Of a stretch of 48,646 nucleotides of DNA, positions 44,810-48,646 are shown one piece after another (position 1 is the stretch's first letter; the number at the start of each line of letters is the position of its first letter). A model generated the notes under the pieces. The model was not told the origin of the DNA and did not search any database. It saw only the letters and a program-made list of their open reading frames with translations. Source of the stretch: Nautiliaceae bacterium (GTDB lineage Bacteria > Campylobacterota > Campylobacteria > Campylobacterales > Nautiliaceae); NCBI GenBank assembly GCA_039831155.1, contig JBDONT010000010.1, positions 1 through 48,646 on the forward strand, read 5' to 3'. Position numbers and translations under genes: made by a program.

Positions 44810-44953
44810 AGCCTAGATATTGATGTCTGTGCTGTAATCGGCACAGGTCTATAAAAGTTAACACTTGTCTTCGCAATTTTAAAAGTGAAAGTAAAAAGTG
44901 AAATAGAGTAAGTAAATCTATCATTGCTTCGAATCCTAATGAATATCTAGGCT
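44810..44953 (+). ncRNA. Retron msr-msd non-coding RNA
   Basis: Perfect 12-bp terminal inverted repeats AGCCTAGATATT (44810-21) / AATATCTAGGCT (44942-53). Candidate branching G at 44822 after TT. Hairpin GTCTGTGCTG-taat-CGGCACAGGT. Ends 18 nt before the first copy of the RT GTG. Confidence 0.85.
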
Positions 44954-45014
44954 GTTTGAAAAAGGGAATAAGTGGAAAAGTTATTTAAATATATAAATCT
45001 TTATATTATAAAAA

Positions 45015-45114
45015 NNNNNNNNNNNNNNNNNNNNNNNNNNNNNNNNNNNNNNNNNNNNNNNNNNNNNNNNNNNNNNNNNNNNNNNNNNNNNNNNNNNNNN
45101 NNNNNNNNNNNNNN
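45015..45114. other. Assembly gap (100 N) flanked by a 127-bp exact duplication
   Basis: 44888-45014 is identical to 45115-45241. Confidence 0.95.
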
Positions 45115-45198
45115 AAAGTAAAAAGTGAAATAGAGTAAGTAAATCTATCATTGCTTCGAATCCTAATGAATATCTAGGCTGTTTGAAAAAGGGAATAA

Positions 45199-47064
45199 GT
45201 GGAAAAGTTATTTAAATATATAAATCTTTATATTATAAAAAATGCAAAAAATAAAAAGATAAAGCCTCTAACTAATATAAATAAATTGTATTATTTCGCA
45301 TATTTTTGCGATGATAAATTTATAACATTTGAAATTCCTAAATATAACGATAAAAAAAGAACAATATATACCACTAAATATAAAACTCATAAAATTATCT
45401 TAGAAGCTATAAATGAATATTTATATGAGAAAGTGAAACTTCCAAGATATGTTCACGGATATGTGAAAAAGAAAAATGTAGTTACAAACGCCAAAGTTCA
45501 CGTAGGTAAAAAATATGTTTTTAAAGTTGATATTAAAGATTTTTTTCCTTCAATTCACAAAGGTAAAATAATTTGGGCATTAAAAAATTATCTTAATTTA
45601 GATGAAAAACAGGCTTTTTTAATTGCTTCATTGGCTACTGTTAAAATTGATGGTAAAGAATTTTTACCTCAAGGCTTTCCAACTTCCCCAGTGTTATCTA
45701 ATCTGGTTTTAAAAAGAGTTGATAGAAGATTAATTGGGATAGCAAAAAAATATCATATAAAATATACAAGATATGCAGATGATATTACTTTTTCAAGTGA
45801 TAAAAATATTTTTGATGAAAATTTTATAAATGAGGTAGAAAAAATTTTAAATAAAGACGGTTTTAAACTGAATTATGAGAAAATAAAATTATTAAAAAAG
45901 GGCTACAGACAAACGGTAACCGGTTTGGTTGTAAATGAAAAACTCAATGTAAAAAGAGAATATGTTAAATTATTAAGAACACTTTTATTTTATCTTGAAA
46001 AAAATATTGAACAATATGGAAAAGGGGAAGGAATAAAAAAAGCTCAGATATTATTTGAAGAAAAAAGTAACTCAAAAAAAGATTTATTAAAAGTAATTGA
46101 AGGAAAACTTGCATATTTAAAGAATATAAAAGGAGAAGATGATTCAACATATAAAAAATTAAAAAGTAGATATGATAAGATAACCGGAAAAAATAAAACT
46201 AATTGCATTAATCATAATCCAAAAAAAGTTGTAGAAATTCTAAGTAAATTTTCAAATGATGAAGATTTAAAATTTGTTCTTCACAAATGGAGAGGAAGTG
46301 CTAATTTTACTTATGATGAATTTATAAAAAAAGTGAAAAATAAATGGAAAGAATATGAAAAAGAATTACATAAATTAAATTATAAATTAAATGCTAAAAT
46401 TTATAATTTTTTACTACATCCAAATCCTAAATGGGGAAATAATAAAGAAATAGAATATGGATGGTCATCACATAATTTAATAGAATGTTTTAGAAATATT
46501 CAAGACCCTTTTGATTGTGAATTAAATGATGGAAATGGTAGAAAATTTGAAGATATTATCAAGTTATTTAAAGAAGAAATTAGATTAAATGGAGAAAAAC
46601 TACTCAAATTAATTGATAATATAATCAAAGAAAATAATTTAAAATCAGAAAAAAAAGATTTAAAAGAAAGAGAAAAGCTCTACGAAATGAAAGAAACTTA
46701 TATAGATACTCAATGGTTTAAGATAGGTTTAGAAAGATTATTTCAAGGAATAAAAGAACATGGCAAAACTAATAAAATTGAATTACAATTTGAAGAGTTT
46801 GATGATTTTTATGAATTATATATTATTAATATAGATTCCAATGCAAATAAAAATCATAAAGAATTGATAGGAGGAGATTTTTCTTTTATTAAAGAAGCTT
46901 TTTGTTCAGTTGTAGATTGGAGTATTATTTGGAAATATAATAATCAAATTTGTAAGTTTGATGTTTTTAAAAATGAAGAAAAATTTCAAAATAATTATGA
47001 TTTTAGAGGATTTACACATAAAATAAAAATATATAAAAGAGTTATGAATGATTTTATTAGTTGA
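45199..47064 (+). CDS. Retron-type reverse transcriptase with a roughly 280-aa C-terminal histidine-kinase/GHKL-like extension
   Basis: NAKVH (region X), DIKDFFPSI, LPQGFPTSPVLSN, YADD, QTVTGLVV (region Y). The C-terminal YIDTQWF..GLERLFQGIKEHG / LYIINID / GGDF..IK / GFTHKIKI resembles HATPase_c boxes (inference). Confidence 0.9.
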   Translation: MEKLFKYINLYIIKNAKNKKIKPLTNINKLYYFAYFCDDKFITFEIPKYNDKKRTIYTTKYKTHKIILEAINEYLYEKVKLPRYVHGYVKKKNVVTNAKVHVGKKYVFKVDIKDFFPSIHKGKIIWALKNYLNLDEKQAFLIASLATVKIDGKEFLPQGFPTSPVLSNLVLKRVDRRLIGIAKKYHIKYTRYADDITFSSDKNIFDENFINEVEKILNKDGFKLNYEKIKLLKKGYRQTVTGLVVNEKLNVKREYVKLLRTLLFYLEKNIEQYGKGEGIKKAQILFEEKSNSKKDLLKVIEGKLAYLKNIKGEDDSTYKKLKSRYDKITGKNKTNCINHNPKKVVEILSKFSNDEDLKFVLHKWRGSANFTYDEFIKKVKNKWKEYEKELHKLNYKLNAKIYNFLLHPNPKWGNNKEIEYGWSSHNLIECFRNIQDPFDCELNDGNGRKFEDIIKLFKEEIRLNGEKLLKLIDNIIKENNLKSEKKDLKEREKLYEMKETYIDTQWFKIGLERLFQGIKEHGKTNKIELQFEEFDDFYELYIINIDSNANKNHKELIGGDFSFIKEAFCSVVDWSIIWKYNNQICKFDVFKNEEKFQNNYDFRGFTHKIKIYKRVMNDFIS

Positions 47065-47605
47065 AGATACTCAAGTAAGATTAAATGGAATCAACTGTTT
47101 GAAAAATATCGAAATTGTTGATTATTTTGACAAATTAAAATTTAAAAATTATGAAATTATTTGTGTTCATAAATCTATAAAAAATTTTAATGAAAAAATT
47201 TTAATGGAATTAGATAAAAAAGTTGTGATTTTTAGTGGAGGAATTGAGGGATATTATTTTAAAAATAAAAATTTTTTAGAAATTGATGTTGATATTTTTT
47301 ATCAAAATTTTTGTGTTTTTATTGAGAGTAAAGAATTATTTAGTTTAATATATGGAAAAAATTATAAATTGAAAACACTTTTAGAATTTTACGATAGAAT
47401 TTCTTTTTTTGAGAAAAATAATGAAGAGTATTTGTCTTTTAAATTTGTAAAAGAAACTCATTATGAAAAAATTATAAATGTTTTCAATTTAGAAGAAATT
47501 AAGTTAGATTTAATTATTGAAAAACAAGAACTTATAAAATATAAAAAATACATTTATCACTTAATACAAAAGATGGCAAATGAAAACTTTATTAGTAATT
47601 CCTAA
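47048..47605 (+). CDS. Receiver-like (pseudo-REC) protein
   Basis: MILLVED beta1, IICVH at the usual phosphoacceptor strand, VVIFSGG beta4. Overlaps the RT 3' end by 17 nt. Confidence 0.65.
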   Translation: MILLVEDTQVRLNGINCLKNIEIVDYFDKLKFKNYEIICVHKSIKNFNEKILMELDKKVVIFSGGIEGYYFKNKNFLEIDVDIFYQNFCVFIESKELFSLIYGKNYKLKTLLEFYDRISFFEKNNEEYLSFKFVKETHYEKIINVFNLEEIKLDLIIEKQELIKYKKYIYHLIQKMANENFISNS

Positions 47606-48646
47606 TAATAAAAAAGATTTTTATAATACAGAAAAATTTAATGACACATATTATATCAGTTTAAAATTTGAAGATAACTTTGAAAAAGAACTCCAAAAGA
47701 GAATTAAAGAATTAGATAAGAAAGAATTTGATGTTATTTTTATAAAAGAAAGTTTAGGTCCTACTTGTTTAGATTTTACAGGTATAAAACTTGCTTGGTA
47801 TATTAGATTGCTTTCTAATAAACATAAATTTAAGCCTATTATAATACTTTCTAATTTTGATGCAGTTTTAATAAAAAAAATTACTTTTTTAGGTGATATA
47901 TTATTTACTCAGGGAGTTTATTTAATAGATGAATTTATTGAGGGGAGATTTACTCCTTTAAAAGATTATAAAAACTTTATAAATTTAGTAAAAATTCCGT
48001 TACCACTCGAATATAATTCAAATCACGATTTATCTAATGATTGGGCATTATATGTTTGGGCTAAAAATTTTGATGTAAAAATGGATAAATTATTCAAAAA
48101 GTTTGAAGAAAAATTTTATTTTCAATATTTAAAAGCAAAGTATGAACTTGAAGTTAAAAAACAAAAAGTTGAATTGAAAAATCAAAATTTAAAGATATTA
48201 GCAATAGACGATAAAAAAGAGTGGGGAGAAATTTATAAAAAAGTTGAAATAGAATTTTATAATATTCAAGATTGTAAATTTAATGAAAATATAATAGAAG
48301 ATTATGATATGATAATTTTAGATTTAAGATTAAGAAAAAAGGATTATAAAAAAGAACAAAAAATTCAAAATTATTATAGTTATAAATTAGTTGAGAGGTT
48401 TTTACAAACTAATCCCGCTGTGTGGATAGTAATATTTAGCTCCTCAAAGAATGCAGAAATAATTCAAGAATTTAAAAAATTTCCAAATGTAATTGACTAT
48501 ATTAAAAAAAATCATCCAGAAGATAAAGAAAATAATATTTTAGATTCTATAAATAAATTCAATAAAGCATTTGCTTGGGTAAAAGAAAATAAATATTTAA
48601 AAGAAATTTGGCAAATAAAAAGAGAAATAGAAGATATTTTAGAACA
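47580..48646 (+). CDS. Tandem receiver-domain protein, partial (runs off the window, absent from the ORF track)
   Basis: Manual translation is open for 355 codons from ATG 47580. A degenerate REC (DVIFIK...DFTGIKLAWYIR...PIIILS) is followed by the linker NHDLSNDWAL and an intact REC (KILAIDD, DMIILDLRL, IVIFSSS, DYIKK). Confidence 0.85.
   Translation, partial: MKTLLVIPNNKKDFYNTEKFNDTYYISLKFEDNFEKELQKRIKELDKKEFDVIFIKESLGPTCLDFTGIKLAWYIRLLSNKHKFKPIIILSNFDAVLIKKITFLGDILFTQGVYLIDEFIEGRFTPLKDYKNFINLVKIPLPLEYNSNHDLSNDWALYVWAKNFDVKMDKLFKKFEEKFYFQYLKAKYELEVKKQKVELKNQNLKILAIDDKKEWGEIYKKVEIEFYNIQDCKFNENIIEDYDMIILDLRLRKKDYKKEQKIQNYYSYKLVERFLQTNPAVWIVIFSSSKNAEIIQEFKKFPNVIDYIKKNHPEDKENNILDSINKFNKAFAWVKENKYLKEIWQIKREIEDILE

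Larger units (their letters stand above)
39783..48646. mobile_element. Accessory / defence island adjacent to the tRNA-Sec 3' end, extending beyond the window
   Basis: Core genes stop at selC and are followed by pseudogenes, WYL, DarT-NADAR and a very AT-rich retron operon. No integrase is visible in the window. Confidence 0.7.

Noticed and set aside
44888..45241. Genuine tandem repeat or CRISPR-like array
   Set aside because: There are only two exact copies, directly flanking an N gap, so an assembly overlap is the simplest explanation. No repeat-spacer array was seen anywhere in the window.
45199..47064. Group II intron, DGR or CRISPR-associated RT
   Set aside because: NAxxH and VTG motifs plus the upstream inverted-repeat RNA fit a retron. 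I saw no intron domain V, TR/VR pair or cas1.

Overview
AT-rich window from a Campylobacterota chromosome. Gene order and proteins resemble Campylobacter relatives, and Nautiliaceae is a plausible but unproven source. Bases 1-39.8 kb are mostly core genes: an ABC/LolA-like cluster, ligA, clpS-clpA-aat, luxS, rpsB-tsf, fliR, gmk-argS, ftsE-trmB-FN3-rluD, rho-murI, hom, rlmB-rsmI-rpmE, selB-selA, yfdX and tRNA-Sec. This part also holds a probable IS256-type end, a decayed YefM/YoeB pair and a fragmented anion permease. An accessory defence-island-like region starts right after tRNA-Sec. It contains a WYL regulator and three promoters that share a palindrome at an identical 11-nt distance from the -10 box. 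It also contains a partly decayed operon for an exported OB-fold protein and a beta-CASP nuclease, plus a DarT-NADAR DNA ADP-ribosylation pair. The most notable element is a retron: a 144-nt ncRNA with perfect 12-bp terminal inverted repeats and an RT with NAxxH/YADD/VTG motifs. This RT carries a C-terminal extension that looks like a histidine kinase/GHKL domain, and it is followed by overlapping receiver-domain genes, one missing from the ORF track. I propose this as a candidate retron-gated two-component/phosphorelay system. A 100-N gap with a 127-bp duplication lies between the ncRNA and the RT and is probably an assembly artefact. All family calls come from motif recognition by eye, with no database searches.
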